The notes below the pieces were generated by a model. The model was not told the DNA's origin. It ran no database searches and was given only the letters and a program-made list of their open reading frames with translations. Shown here in pieces: positions 1 to 10,983 of a stretch of DNA of 64,000 nucleotides. The stretch comes from Methanocaldococcus sp. 28A. GTDB lineage: Archaea; AGJL01; Methanococci; Methanococcales; Methanocaldococcaceae. Each line of letters opens with the position of its first letter. Position 1 is the stretch's first letter. The DNA lies in the NCBI GenBank assembly GCA_049852185.1, contig CP187540.1, one strand, 5' to 3'. The position numbers and the translations under genes were made by a program.

Positions 1-1
1 T

Positions 2-598
2 TTAGCTACAGAAACAAATTCATCATTCATATTAGTAAAAGCTCCAGAGCTTATTGGAGAACATGTAGGAGATGCCTCTAAAATGATTAGGGAGTTGTAT
101 CAAAGAGCTTCTGAAAGCGCTCCATGTATTGTGTTTATTGATGAGTTAGATGCAATAGGACTTAGTAGAGAATATCAATCATTAAGAGGAGATGTTTCTG
201 AGGTTGTTAATGCTTTATTAACAGAATTAGACGGAATTAAAGAAAATGAAGGAGTAGTAACTATAGCAGCAACAAACAACCCTGCAATGTTAGACTCCGC
301 AATTAGAAGTAGATTTGAGGAAGAGATTGAGTTCAAATTACCAAATGATGTAGAAAGATTGAAAATTATGGAATTATATGCTAAAAAAATGCCAATTCCT
401 GTTAAAGCTAACTTAAAAGAATTCGTTGAAAAAACCAAAGGATTTAGTGGTAGAGACATTAAGGAGAAATTCTTAAAACCAGCACTACATAGAGCGATAT
501 TAGAAGATAGAGATTATGTTAGTAAAGAAGATTTAGAATGGGCTTTAAAGAAGATTGTAAGTAATAGAAGAGAAGCTCCACAGCATCTCTACCTTTAA
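2..598 (+). CDS. AAA+ ATPase (CDC48/FtsH-like AAA domain), 5' truncated by the window edge
   Basis: Walker B IVFIDELD, second region of homology [17 protein letters not shown]; the frame stays open upstream of the ORF-track start ([23 protein letters not shown]). Confidence 0.9.
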   Translation, partial: LATETNSSFILVKAPELIGEHVGDASKMIRELYQRASESAPCIVFIDELDAIGLSREYQSLRGDVSEVVNALLTELDGIKENEGVVTIAATNNPAMLDSAIRSRFEEEIEFKLPNDVERLKIMELYAKKMPIPVKANLKEFVEKTKGFSGRDIKEKFLKPALHRAILEDRDYVSKEDLEWALKKIVSNRREAPQHLYL

Positions 599-1278
599 TC
601 CATATAATCAAAGTAATTGTCATAATGAATAATTAAATAATCTCCTACAATCCACAACTCTTTTTTATGCTTTCTATATAAATTTATAAGCTTTTTTATT
701 GTTTTTTTATTTTCTCTCTTGAAGATTTCATCTAATATTATAGTTAATGCCTCAATAACATTAGAATTATTGAAATCTAAATCTGCTTTTATCATTTCAT
801 CAATAACCTTTATTAATTCCTCATCATCAGCATTTTTGACAAACTGATTCCGTAAGAATGATTTAAATGTGTGAATATTCTTTTTTTCTAAGGGAATTAG
901 CTTTATTAAATCAATGGCTTTATTTAATAAACTATCTATATCTAAAAACTCATCCCATAGGTAATGTTTAATAACTAAATTTTTTAAAATTTCTAAAATC
1001 TCATCTTTACTTTTATTTTCTAATTGTTTAAAGATTTCTTCTGCATCTATGTAGTTGCTGTTTTTGTATGCCTCAATTAAAGCATAAGCATGTTTGCAGT
1101 TGTATCTATAAGGACATGAGCAAGAGCCAAAGTAATTGTTTAAATCAACTTTAACTTTATATACATCAGAGCCAATAACTTCCCCAAATAAAAAATTTTT
1201 ATACTTTATACAGTATTTTACTAAGTTGTTTTTATAATATAATTTACCTCTTTCTATTATTTTTGGGTCATAATTCAT
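595..1278 (-). CDS. SWIM zinc-finger domain protein
   Basis: [15 protein letters not shown] motif preceded by RGKLYY. Confidence 0.85.
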   Translation of the reverse strand: MNYDPKIIERGKLYYKNNLVKYCIKYKNFLFGEVIGSDVYKVKVDLNNYFGSCSCPYRYNCKHAYALIEAYKNSNYIDAEEIFKQLENKSKDEILEILKNLVIKHYLWDEFLDIDSLLNKAIDLIKLIPLEKKNIHTFKSFLRNQFVKNADDEELIKVIDEMIKADLDFNNSNVIEALTIILDEIFKRENKKTIKKLINLYRKHKKELWIVGDYLIIHYDNYFDYMD

Positions 1279-1476
1279 AATATCTCCTTAATTTTTTATT
1301 CTTTAATTTTTTGATAATATTTTAAAAATGTAGTGATATAGGAAGTAGAGATATTATATAAACAGTCAGAAAGGAGTTTAAGAGTGTTAATGTCTTATTA
1401 ATAATGTAAAATATTAATTTATAATATTATATTTATAAACTCAATTTTTGTAAAATCTCTTTCCTGGTGATGAATA

Positions 1477-2739
1477 ATGTATATTGGAATTGACGATACA
1501 GACAGCCCAGATAAATACTGCACTACATATATAGCAACTTTATTAATAGAGGAGTTAAAAAGCCATGGATACAGTGTAGATATGCCAAAACTCATTAGAA
1601 TGAATCCAATGGTTAAATATAAAACAAGAGGTAATGGTGGAGTGGCAATACATGTTTTAGATGAGCTATATTCAAAAGATAAGGAAGAGATTAAAAACAT
1701 AACCATTAGTTTAGTTGAAAAATACACTGATTTTGAATGTGAAAATACAAATCCTGGAATTGTGTTTTTAGATGAAATAAAATATAAAGAAAACAGGGAT
1801 ATTCTTAAAGATTATTATAAAAAAGTCCTTTATGATATAGTTAGCGTTGATTATGCTGAAAAATTCATATTAAAGGTTGGAGGGGAGTTTATAAAATATA
1901 AATTAGGTAGAGGAATAATTGGAGCTTTAGGAGCTATATCATCAACTCCACCTTACACTTACGAGCTTTTAGCTTACAGAAAGAAGGGGATGTGGGGAAA
2001 GAAGAGAGTGATTGATGAAAATAGTGTTATAAAAATGGATAAAGAAACATTCCCTTACACATTCGACAACTACGATTATGAAAATAATAAGATTTTAATA
2101 ACACCAAACACTCCATGTCCTGTTTTATTTGGAATTAGAGGAATTGATACTGAGATTTTATTAAAAGCTATAAACATGATTGAAGGAGAAAAACCAGAGA
2201 GATTTATGATTTTTAAAACAAACCATGGAACTGATGTTCATCTAAGAAAAATGAATATTAAGGATATTTATCCAAATACAGGAGTTATTGTTTATGGAAA
2301 AATAATAGAGATGCCAAAAGATATAGAAGGTGGGCATGTAATATTTAAATTATCAGATGGAACTGGAGAAATTGATTGTGTAGCTTATGAGCCAACAAAA
2401 GGATTTAGGGATATTATAAGAAAGTTAATAGTTGGAGATTATGTGGCAGTTTATGGAACTGTAAGAGAAAAGCCATTAGGAATAAATATTGAAAAGATAA
2501 AAATTCTAAAATTGGAAAAAAAGTTTGTTAAGGATAAAATATGCCCCTATTGTGGAGGCACATTAAAAGCAAAGGGTAAAAAAGCTGGTTATAAATGTAG
2601 AAAATGCAAGAAATCTATTGCTTACGATGAAATCAAAAAGATAGAGGTTGAGAGAGACATAAAGATTGGATTTTATGAAGTGCCTGGCTCTGCAAGGAGG
2701 CATTTAAGTAAGCCAATACAGTTAATAGATTTAATTTAA
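1477..2739 (+). CDS. tiaS: tRNA(Ile2) agmatinylcytidine synthetase
   Basis: IGIDDTDS, KTRGNG, GRGIIGA, OB-fold, CPYC..CRKC zinc ribbon, RRHLSKP C-terminus. Confidence 0.95.
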   Translation: MYIGIDDTDSPDKYCTTYIATLLIEELKSHGYSVDMPKLIRMNPMVKYKTRGNGGVAIHVLDELYSKDKEEIKNITISLVEKYTDFECENTNPGIVFLDEIKYKENRDILKDYYKKVLYDIVSVDYAEKFILKVGGEFIKYKLGRGIIGALGAISSTPPYTYELLAYRKKGMWGKKRVIDENSVIKMDKETFPYTFDNYDYENNKILITPNTPCPVLFGIRGIDTEILLKAINMIEGEKPERFMIFKTNHGTDVHLRKMNIKDIYPNTGVIVYGKIIEMPKDIEGGHVIFKLSDGTGEIDCVAYEPTKGFRDIIRKLIVGDYVAVYGTVREKPLGINIEKIKILKLEKKFVKDKICPYCGGTLKAKGKKAGYKCRKCKKSIAYDEIKKIEVERDIKIGFYEVPGSARRHLSKPIQLIDLI

Positions 2740-2759
2740 ATTAAAGGAGAGGATGACAA

Positions 2760-3917
2760 ATGGATATAACATACAAATTAGCAAGCTATAGAATTTGCTC
2801 TCCAGAGGAGACATTTGAAAAGATACAAGAGGTATTAAAAAAGATTCAAATAATAGAAATTAAAAATATACAACATTTAGACAAATTGGGAATTCCAGTT
2901 TATTATTTAAAAAGGAAGGTTATTGTGGATGGAAAAGAAGGAGAGGCTGTGCATTATGGAAAAGGGGCTAATGATATTCAAGCAAAGGTCTCTGCATGTA
3001 TGGAAGCAATAGAGAGATTTTCAGCAAGTTATGATATAAATAAAGTTAAAGAAAAAGCAGATAATCCAATAAACATTGAAGATTTAATATTGCCTCAATA
3101 TGCAGATAAAAATGTCAAAGAATGGGTTGAGGGAATTGATATTATTAATGATGAGGATGTTGATGTTCCAGCAGATGCTGTTTTTTATCCTACAAATGGA
3201 AAATTGTTTAGAGGAAATACCAATGGATTAGCAAGTGGAAACAATTTATATGAAGCTATTTTACATGCTACTTTAGAGATTATTGAGAGGGATGCATGGA
3301 GTTTAGCAGATTTAGCAAGAAGAATTCCAAAAAAGATTAATCCTGAAGATGCAAAAAATCCATTGATTCATGAGTTAATTGAAAAGTTTGAAAAAGCTGG
3401 AGTTAAAATAATTTTGAAAGATTTAACGTCAGAGTTTGAGATTCCTGTTGTTGCTGCAGTGAGTGATGATTTATCAAAAAATCCTCTAATGCTCTGTATT
3501 GGAGTAGGATGCCATTTACATCCAGAGATAGCTATTTTAAGGGCTTTAACTGAGGTTGCTCAAAGTAGAGCTGCCCAATTACATGGATTTAGAAGGGACG
3601 CCAAGTTGAGGAAAGAATTTACTTCAAAAATCTCTTATGAGAGATTAAAAAGAATTCATAGAAAGTGGTTTGAATTTGAAGAAGAGATAAATATTGCAGA
3701 TATGCCAAACAATGCAAGATATGACTTAAAAAAGGATTTAGAATTTATAAAAGATAAAATCTCAGAGTTTGGATTTGATAAATTAATATATGTTGATTTA
3801 AATAAGGTTGGAATTGATGCAGTTAGAGTTATAATTCCAAAAATGGAAGTTTATACAATGGATAGGGATAGATTATCAAAAAATGCATTTGGAAGAGTTA
3901 AAAAAATATATTATTAA
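2760..3917 (+). CDS. ycaO: YcaO-family ATP-dependent thioamide synthase (MCR thioglycine)
   Basis: [41 protein letters not shown] YcaO motifs. Confidence 0.92.
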   Translation: MDITYKLASYRICSPEETFEKIQEVLKKIQIIEIKNIQHLDKLGIPVYYLKRKVIVDGKEGEAVHYGKGANDIQAKVSACMEAIERFSASYDINKVKEKADNPINIEDLILPQYADKNVKEWVEGIDIINDEDVDVPADAVFYPTNGKLFRGNTNGLASGNNLYEAILHATLEIIERDAWSLADLARRIPKKINPEDAKNPLIHELIEKFEKAGVKIILKDLTSEFEIPVVAAVSDDLSKNPLMLCIGVGCHLHPEIAILRALTEVAQSRAAQLHGFRRDAKLRKEFTSKISYERLKRIHRKWFEFEEEINIADMPNNARYDLKKDLEFIKDKISEFGFDKLIYVDLNKVGIDAVRVIIPKMEVYTMDRDRLSKNAFGRVKKIYY

Positions 3918-4834
3918 TGGGAGAAATGCTTTAATTCAAATACATCTAAATTTTTATTTTGTTCTTTATTTTTTTCTTTGAAGAAGTCTTCTAATATTTT
4001 TCTTTCTTTTATTAAACCAACTGAATCTGCCCTACACTGCCCACAAGCTCTAAACTGCGGGATATATTTTTCACACTCTTCTCTAATTCTCTTTATTTCT
4101 TCACATGTTGGAGCTCTTAGATGTTTCATCTTATATAATGGAATTAGAGGAATAATATTCTGTATATAAGCAAAATCTTTTAATTCTTTGGCAATATCAA
4201 CAATATGTTCCATATTTATCTCTGGAATTAGAACAGTATTTATTTTTATTATTAAACCTTCATCATAAGCTTTTTTTATCCCGTCTATTTGGTTCTCTAT
4301 CAGTATTTTAGCCCCTTCAACGCCATGATGTATTTTTTTATCATAATATACCCATTCAACTATATCTTTTAAAATCTCTGGATTTATAGCATTTACAGTA
4401 ACAGTGACTGTTTTTACATTTAAATCAGCTAATTTCTTATAGTATTTATTTAATAGCAACCCATTTGTAGAGAGACATTTTATTAAATCTGGAAACTTCT
4501 CATCAATAATCTCAAGTGTTTCAAATGTCTCTTTGTTAAATAAACTATCCCCAGGTCCAGCAATACCTACAACTTTAACATTTGGAATCTCTTTTAATAC
4601 TTTATTTAAATAATTTTCAACATCTTCTGGTTTTAATACTGATAAAGCTACTCCTGGCCTATGCTCACACGCCTCTTTACCTAAACTTCTTCTACAAAAT
4701 TTACATGCTATATTGCATCTTGGAGCTACTGGCAAATGAACTCTACCAACTTTATCATGAATTTTTTCGTTAAAGCATGGATGAACCTTTGTTATATGGG
4801 AAAATTTTAACATCTTTGTATTTTTTGTATCCAT
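3914..4834 (-). CDS. nifB: NifB radical SAM protein (short form, no NifX domain)
   Basis: [13 protein letters not shown]-x-RPG, AGPGD, TVTVN, CGQCRAD. Confidence 0.92.
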   Translation of the reverse strand: MDTKNTKMLKFSHITKVHPCFNEKIHDKVGRVHLPVAPRCNIACKFCRRSLGKEACEHRPGVALSVLKPEDVENYLNKVLKEIPNVKVVGIAGPGDSLFNKETFETLEIIDEKFPDLIKCLSTNGLLLNKYYKKLADLNVKTVTVTVNAINPEILKDIVEWVYYDKKIHHGVEGAKILIENQIDGIKKAYDEGLIIKINTVLIPEINMEHIVDIAKELKDFAYIQNIIPLIPLYKMKHLRAPTCEEIKRIREECEKYIPQFRACGQCRADSVGLIKERKILEDFFKEKNKEQNKNLDVFELKHFSH

Positions 4835-4956
4835 ATTACCACATTTATTATTTTTTAAATATCCTTCTAATTTCTATATTTTGCATAATTTAAAAATTTT
4901 CTATATCAATAAATTTATATCGATAAGTATATTGGATAAAAATTACAAAGTTAAAT

Positions 4957-5068
4957 TATAGTTTTGTGCAAAAGTGTTTATAATGAATAAGGTATTAATG
5001 AATGTCTACCTATTGGAAGACATTCAAATTTTCCTTATAAAGTTTAGTTTATTTTGCACAAAACTATA
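4957..5068. repeat. Palindromic MITE-like repeat, family A, copy 1
   Basis: Terminal inverted repeats TATAGTTTTGTGCAAAA / TTTTGCACAAAACTATA and internal hairpin GAATGTCT..AGACATTC; similar to seven other copies in the window. Confidence 0.9.
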
Positions 5069-5999
5069 TCATTTTACATTTAAAAATTTTTACATTCTCT
5101 TTATTTAATTCTTTTATCAGCTCTTTTTCTCTATTTTCATCAACTAAGATTATTACACTTCCTCCTCCCCCAGCTCCTGTTAATTTTGCTCCAAAACCAA
5201 ATTTATTTCCAATATCAACAATTCTATCAAGTTTTGGTGTTGAGATGTTTAATTTCTTTAAGAGTTCATGATTTTCAGCCAGTAATTTTCCAAAATCTTC
5301 TTTATCATCAATTTTTAAGGCGTTTTCAATAATCTTATCAATTTCTTTAAATATTTCATCTTTATTTTCAATTTTTGCCACTTCATTAACTAACTCTGCA
5401 GTTTTTTTCTTTCTTTTTTCAGCATAGACAATTAAAAATTTACAACTTTTTAAGAATTTCTCAAAATCTCCTTTAATTTTCTTAAATTTGTTGTTTTTTA
5501 TTTCTAAGATGCCTTTATATGTTATTGTTGAAGTATCTGTAATACTTGCCTTTCCTTGAATCTCTTTCTCCACTGTATAACCAAGTTTTGCAATCTCATC
5601 ATCTTTAAGATGTTTATTATAAAATTTGCTAACTGCCTTTATTGTTCCAATTGTTATTGAGGCAGAGCTACCCAAACCACAACTTATTGGAATTTTTGAA
5701 CAGATATTTATCTCAAACCCTGTTTTTGGGTTTATATTTAAATAATTTATAGTGTTTTTTATTGCACAGAGGCAGTATTTGAAATCATCATAGTTATTTG
5801 GGTTGATATTTTTTATATTATCTAAATTTAACTTTAAGCTTTTATTTAAGTCATTTAAATTTAAAATTATTTCGTTTCTATCTAATTCTCTAATTTCAAT
5901 AATTGATGTTAAATCAATAGCCATTGCTATAGCTCTATAACCATAAACAACTGCATGCTCTCCAAATAATATAACCTTTGATGGAGTTTCAATTATCAT
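5064..5999 (-). CDS. mvk: Mevalonate kinase
   Basis: PSKVILFGEHAVVYG, GHMP motif PISCGLGSSAS, KLTGAGGGG. Confidence 0.95.
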   Translation of the reverse strand: MIIETPSKVILFGEHAVVYGYRAIAMAIDLTSIIEIRELDRNEIILNLNDLNKSLKLNLDNIKNINPNNYDDFKYCLCAIKNTINYLNINPKTGFEINICSKIPISCGLGSSASITIGTIKAVSKFYNKHLKDDEIAKLGYTVEKEIQGKASITDTSTITYKGILEIKNNKFKKIKGDFEKFLKSCKFLIVYAEKRKKKTAELVNEVAKIENKDEIFKEIDKIIENALKIDDKEDFGKLLAENHELLKKLNISTPKLDRIVDIGNKFGFGAKLTGAGGGGSVIILVDENREKELIKELNKENVKIFKCKMI

Positions 6000-6025
6000 A
6001 ATAAGCCCTACTTTATCTCTTTATT

Positions 6026-6083
6026 TGAAACTTTTAGAAAAAGTTTCATCAAAACGGATGTATTGCTTCCTAAAGGAAGCAAT
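6026..6083. repeat. Double-hairpin intergenic element (possible third repeat type or terminator)
   Basis: Perfect stems TGAAACTTTT-AGA-AAAAGTTTCA (6026-6048) and ATTGCTTCCT-AA-AGGAAGCAAT (6062-6083). Confidence 0.6.
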
Positions 6084-6103
6084 TCCTCTTTTTTTAGGTG
6101 TTA

Positions 6104-7138
6104 TTACAATAGTGACGTAGTTCTTATTTTTATGTATTCGTTAAATGCTTCTCTTGTAGTCCCTACAACAACTCTTTTATATTTATTTCCATTTTTGTCA
6201 ATAACCTCCTCTAATTTTCCTCTTGCAATAATTTCTTCACCATTAAAGCACTGTCCAGCATAAGTATGGGTGAAAGAAACAATCTCTTTTATCTCTTCAT
6301 CATTATAACACTCTATCTCATAAATTGCAGGATTATCAAATGCAAAATCGTCATTTAAAACTCTTCCCTCTATTTGTATGAAACCCAAGTTTTTATATTT
6401 TTTGTCTCCATATTTTTCATTTATTTCATTCCATTCTCTTGTAAATAATAAATCAAACATTGTATTGTCTATAATTCCTCTATTAAACTTCCTTTTTTCA
6501 TAAAATACAAATTCCTCATAAGTTAAAGTTCTATCTTTTATTCTCTTTTCATAAGCTATTTTCCAAAAATTATCTGATAATGGCTTTAATTTATTATCTT
6601 CAAATGCCTGTTTTAGAGCTTCCCTTCCTTTTTTATGCATATCTTTTCCATAAATTACAAAATCGATATCTGAATTTTTATTATTTAATTTTAGCAATAG
6701 AGAGCCACTAACACCCATACTTTTAATTGGAATACCATAATCTTCTAAAATTAAAGCTAATTTTCTACATTTTTCTTCCAATTCACTTAAATTGTTTTCT
6801 TCATTAACAATATCATTTAATCTATCTTTTGGACTTAAAATTCTTTCAATATCTTCTTTTGGAATAGCATGCATTAAAACATTGATTGTTTCATCATAAA
6901 AAAGATATTTTCTAAATTTTTCTTTTAAAAATTTATAAGCTTTTTGAGATTCAGCCATCTTTACATACTTTCTTCCATTAATTTCTCTAATATTGTTTTT
7001 ATCTACATCAAAATCTACAAATTCATAAGGAACATATCTCAAAAAAGCAAAAAATCTATCTTCTGGATGATAATATGTATTTACAGCAAAATATAGTCCT
7101 TCAACAGTCTCTATAAAGTCTCTTATTCTTACTCTCAT
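6104..7138 (-). CDS. Pol-beta-superfamily nucleotidyltransferase domain protein
   Basis: GVSGSLLL...SDIDFV (hG[GS]x9-13DhD) motif; C-terminal OB-like region. Confidence 0.8.
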   Translation of the reverse strand: MRVRIRDFIETVEGLYFAVNTYYHPEDRFFAFLRYVPYEFVDFDVDKNNIREINGRKYVKMAESQKAYKFLKEKFRKYLFYDETINVLMHAIPKEDIERILSPKDRLNDIVNEENNLSELEEKCRKLALILEDYGIPIKSMGVSGSLLLKLNNKNSDIDFVIYGKDMHKKGREALKQAFEDNKLKPLSDNFWKIAYEKRIKDRTLTYEEFVFYEKRKFNRGIIDNTMFDLLFTREWNEINEKYGDKKYKNLGFIQIEGRVLNDDFAFDNPAIYEIECYNDEEIKEIVSFTHTYAGQCFNGEEIIARGKLEEVIDKNGNKYKRVVVGTTREAFNEYIKIRTTSLL

Positions 7139-8658
7139 ACTATCACAGTTTCTTTTATCTTTTCAAGCCTTTTTAGGGACATTTCAGTATATAACTTTCT
7201 TAATAATTCAATATCTATATTAATCTCTCCATCTTCTATTGTAAATGGGATAATATAATCTTTAATTTCTTTATATGGTGGATATTTTGGATTCTTCATT
7301 ATATAATCTTTAAATGAAGTATTACTTATAACTAGAGCTCCAAAGTTCTTTATATAGTCAATTATAAAGTCATAAGCTTCATCCTTTGATTTTACTCTTT
7401 TAATATTGCATTCATTGACTAAATAATTCCAAATATCTTTTCCTTTAATTTTATAATATGTTTCCATATCTATTACAACTATTATGTATTTAAATCCTGC
7501 ATTTTTAATTTTTTTAATGAGGTTTTCTATAGATTTAGATGAAAGATTATGTATATTTCCTAAAACAGATAGGGCATCAATAATAACAATTCTTCTTGAT
7601 GGCTTTGGTGGATATATTCTTCTAAATATTTTTTCCTCTTTAATATATTCCCCAAGGAAAGAAACAATCTCACTATTTTCTAAATATTCTTCTAAATCGT
7701 CTATTGTAATAAATCTTGTAGAATACCATAATGGTACTGAATTATTAACAATCTTGTTTAGCATATCTTTTTTTATCTTCATTAATTTTTCCTTTTCTTT
7801 TAATTTGTTATATAAATCTTTGAGATTTATTGTTTCATCTATATTCATATCCATTAAAATCTTTAATAGATAACCTTCTTCAAATGTTTCTAACCCAAAG
7901 TTCTCACATATTCTTTTTAGTTCTTTATACTCTTCAAGCTCTTTTTTACTTAAAACTCCTACAGCTTTTGCTATCTTATATTCTTCTGCATCATTAAAAC
8001 CTTTACTTAATGCATCATTATACTCGTATGCATCCTTAAAACCTCTTTTTAAAGCATCTTGATATTCGTTAATATCGCCAAATCCTGCTTTTAGCGCTTT
8101 AACTAACTCATCAAAGTTTTTAAATCCTTTTTCTAATGCAAAGTAATAGAGTTCAGCATCATTTGAAAATGTCTGTTCTTCTAATATACCATAATTAAGA
8201 TATTCTATAATATACTTATCATCTACCTTTTTTGCTATATTCTCTTCTACAAGTTTTTTAAGTCCATTTATAAATCCTAGTTCTTTTGCTTTTTTATAAT
8301 CTTCAATATTTCTAAATCCAGAAGTTTTATATTTTTTATACTCATCAAGATTTCCAAATTCTAAGTATTCATAATACTCTTCAGCACTTAACCCTAAGGA
8401 TTTTGCCTCTATAAAATCTGACAATGATTTAAATCCATGAGTAGGGATATAAAATATAACGCCATTATCTACAAAGAAAAATATTTGCTCAAGGTTATCT
8501 TCATATCTGTAAATTACATTTTTTCCGAGAACTCTATGAGCTTCAAGAAATTCCTCAACACTTTTAACTTTAACCTTTGGTAAATTTTCGATTTCGTCAA
8601 CATCCACATACTTTATTAAATTAGCTTTTATCTTAAGAATATTTAATTTTTTGTCCAT
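7135..8658 (-). CDS. Protein with 14-aa GF repeats and a degenerate C-terminal NYN/PIN-like domain
   Basis: Tandem GFxDxxEYxxAxxx repeats; IVIIDALSV ... GALVISNTSFKDY resembles NYN (Zc3h12a-like) motifs. Confidence 0.6.
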   Translation of the reverse strand: MDKKLNILKIKANLIKYVDVDEIENLPKVKVKSVEEFLEAHRVLGKNVIYRYEDNLEQIFFFVDNGVIFYIPTHGFKSLSDFIEAKSLGLSAEEYYEYLEFGNLDEYKKYKTSGFRNIEDYKKAKELGFINGLKKLVEENIAKKVDDKYIIEYLNYGILEEQTFSNDAELYYFALEKGFKNFDELVKALKAGFGDINEYQDALKRGFKDAYEYNDALSKGFNDAEEYKIAKAVGVLSKKELEEYKELKRICENFGLETFEEGYLLKILMDMNIDETINLKDLYNKLKEKEKLMKIKKDMLNKIVNNSVPLWYSTRFITIDDLEEYLENSEIVSFLGEYIKEEKIFRRIYPPKPSRRIVIIDALSVLGNIHNLSSKSIENLIKKIKNAGFKYIIVVIDMETYYKIKGKDIWNYLVNECNIKRVKSKDEAYDFIIDYIKNFGALVISNTSFKDYIMKNPKYPPYKEIKDYIIPFTIEDGEINIDIELLRKLYTEMSLKRLEKIKETVIV

Positions 8659-8765
8659 ACAATCACCATTTTATAAAGTATGAGACTAATTGAAGCTAAA
8701 ATCTTAGATATATCTTTAAACTTATTTAATCATGGATTTCTTTACCATAGTACTTGGAAAGTCTT

Positions 8766-9629
8766 TTAAAGTTTCTGCATGAAACTTTTTCTAATAATTT
8801 TTTTCATAACTTCTACATTAGGTTCTACACCAGTCCATATTTTAAATGCAACAGCCCCTTGATATACCAACATACCTAATCCATTTATTGTTTTTGCATT
8901 AACTTTTTTTGCCTCTTTTAATAAAACTGTTTCTAATGGATTATAAATTAAATCCATAACTACCATATCTTCTCTTAACTTATCAGCTTTAACTATTGGT
9001 TCTACATCAACATTTGGATACATCCCAATTGGTGTAGCATTAATTATTATATCAATATCCTCTAAATCTACGTCTAACCCGCTAAATTTAACTTCTTCAC
9101 CAAATTTTTTATTCAATTTTTTAGCTATCTCTTTAGCTAAGTTTTCTGCTTTTTCAACTGTTCTATTAGCTATTATAATGTTGTTATCTTTTGCCAATTC
9201 AAAAGCTACAGCTCTTGCAGCTCCCCCAGCCCCAAAAATAACTATGTTCTTATTTTTAACTTTCCCTATCTCCTCCTCTAAAGCCATCCTTGCTCCAATG
9301 CCATCTGTATTATAGCCAATTGCTTTTCCATCCTCTATTTTTATTGTATTTACTGCCCCAATTAATTGAGCATCTTTGTCTATTTCATCCAAATATTTCA
9401 TAATTTCTATTTTATATGGGATTGTTACATTAAATCCTACAATTCCTAAAGCTTTAGCTCCATCTATCACATACTTTAAATTTTCTGGCAAGACATCAAA
9501 AGCTACATAAACATAGTTTAATCCTTTATCTTTAAAAGCTGCATTGTGCATTATTGGTGAAAAAGAATGCTCTACTGGATGACCTATCAACCCTATAACC
9601 TTAGTTTTTGCATCTATCATTATCATCAC
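8766..9629 (-). CDS. aroE: Shikimate dehydrogenase
   Basis: HSFSPIMHN, NVTIPYK, GAVNT, NTDG, GAGGAARA. Confidence 0.96.
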   Translation of the reverse strand: MMIMIDAKTKVIGLIGHPVEHSFSPIMHNAAFKDKGLNYVYVAFDVLPENLKYVIDGAKALGIVGFNVTIPYKIEIMKYLDEIDKDAQLIGAVNTIKIEDGKAIGYNTDGIGARMALEEEIGKVKNKNIVIFGAGGAARAVAFELAKDNNIIIANRTVEKAENLAKEIAKKLNKKFGEEVKFSGLDVDLEDIDIIINATPIGMYPNVDVEPIVKADKLREDMVVMDLIYNPLETVLLKEAKKVNAKTINGLGMLVYQGAVAFKIWTGVEPNVEVMKKIIRKSFMQKL

Positions 9630-9667
9630 TATTTGTTTTTTATTAAAAACAAAAATTTAAAATAAAT

Positions 9668-10249
9668 TTACTTTTTAATTAATTTAATAACTTCAGCTAT
9701 CTTTTTACCTAAGTTTCTTGCAGTTTCTAAGCCAATATCATCATCTTTGCAATCTCCTGGAGCTTTTCCTACACCTGTCCCTCCATAGTGAGCTGTTGGG
9801 TCATTATCTCCAACAACTATCATTGAATGTATTAAAAAGAAATTATGAATTTGTTGAATTGTTGTCTCTTGTCCTCCATTTCTACTTGCTCCAACTGCTA
9901 TAGCTCCTCCAACTTTATTTTTTAATTGAAAACCAACTCTTAAAGGTCTTGACCTATCCATCAACATCTTTAACTGAGCTGAAACTCCACCAAAGTAAAC
10001 TGGTGAGCCGAGTATAATCCCATCAGCTTCTTTCATCTTTTCTAATATTTCCTCAACATCATCAATTATCTGACAACAACCTGTCTCTTTACACATATTG
10101 CAAGCAATACATGGATTTAATTCCTTATCAGCCAATGATATGAATTCTGTCTCAATTCCTTCCTCAGCAATAGCATTTAAGGCCTCTCTAACTAATAAAG
10201 TTGTATTTCCTTCAGGTCTTGGACTACCACTTATCCCTATAACTTTCAT
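9668..10249 (-). CDS. Iron-sulfur flavoprotein (NADPH-dependent FMN reductase family)
   Basis: GSPRPEGNT, CIACNMC..C cluster motif, GSPVYFG; start set at the ATG after GGTGA. Confidence 0.9.
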   Translation of the reverse strand: MKVIGISGSPRPEGNTTLLVREALNAIAEEGIETEFISLADKELNPCIACNMCKETGCCQIIDDVEEILEKMKEADGIILGSPVYFGGVSAQLKMLMDRSRPLRVGFQLKNKVGGAIAVGASRNGGQETTIQQIHNFFLIHSMIVVGDNDPTAHYGGTGVGKAPGDCKDDDIGLETARNLGKKIAEVIKLIKK

Positions 10250-10329
10250 ATTTCTCACCTCATAGCATACTAATTTCAATTATTATTTCAATTTATTTTG
10301 TTAATATTTAATAATTTTTCTCATCATAT

Positions 10330-10463
10330 CTACATTACTCTAAAATAGTTAAGCCATTTTTTAACATTTTGATACCAATCATCTAATAGCTCCTCAATTA
10401 TATCGCTCACTTTATCTAACTCTACAGCGTTGATATAATTTATATCCTACTTTTTCAGTTCAT
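10330..10463 (-). pseudogene. Short decayed gene fragment of unknown family
   Basis: GGTGA RBS + ATG AAC TGA (immediate stop), then an open stretch in another frame reading INAVELDKVSDIIEELLDDWYQNVKKWLNYFRVM*. Confidence 0.35.
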
Positions 10464-10487
10464 TAATCTTCTCACCTGATTTAGTTT

Positions 10488-10895
10488 TTATTTGTCTTTA
10501 TCAGTTATTATTTTTACATAAAACTCTCTTCTTCTTGGTCCATCAAATTCAGCAAAAAAAATGCCTTGCCAAGTTCCTAATAATGGTTTTCCATCTTTAA
10601 TAATAATTGTTTGAGAACAGCCAACTAAAGAGCTTTTTATATGTGCATCTGAATTACCTTCTAAGTGTGTAAAATTCCAATTTTTAGGAATAAGATGAGA
10701 GAGAAAGTTTGTTATATCATCCTTAACAGATGGGTCAGCATTTTCATTTATAGTTATTCCAGCGGTTGTGTGTGGAACATAAATAATTGCTATCCCATCT
10801 TTAACCTTTGATTCTGCTATAGCTGAAACTATTTGAGGAGTGATATCTACCAACTCTTCTCTTTTATTTGTTTTTATTTGGAATTTAAATAACAT
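10488..10895 (-). CDS. YjbQ/UPF0047 family protein
   Basis: PHTTAGITINENADP, NSDAHIKS, LGTWQGIFFAEFDGPR. Confidence 0.92.
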   Translation of the reverse strand: MLFKFQIKTNKREELVDITPQIVSAIAESKVKDGIAIIYVPHTTAGITINENADPSVKDDITNFLSHLIPKNWNFTHLEGNSDAHIKSSLVGCSQTIIIKDGKPLLGTWQGIFFAEFDGPRRREFYVKIITDKDK

Positions 10896-10983
10896 TATCT
10901 CACCAGTTCATTAGAGATTACGGTAACTTTTAAATAGTTTTATAACTAATAAACCGATTACATTACAATTCTACAATTTTAAG

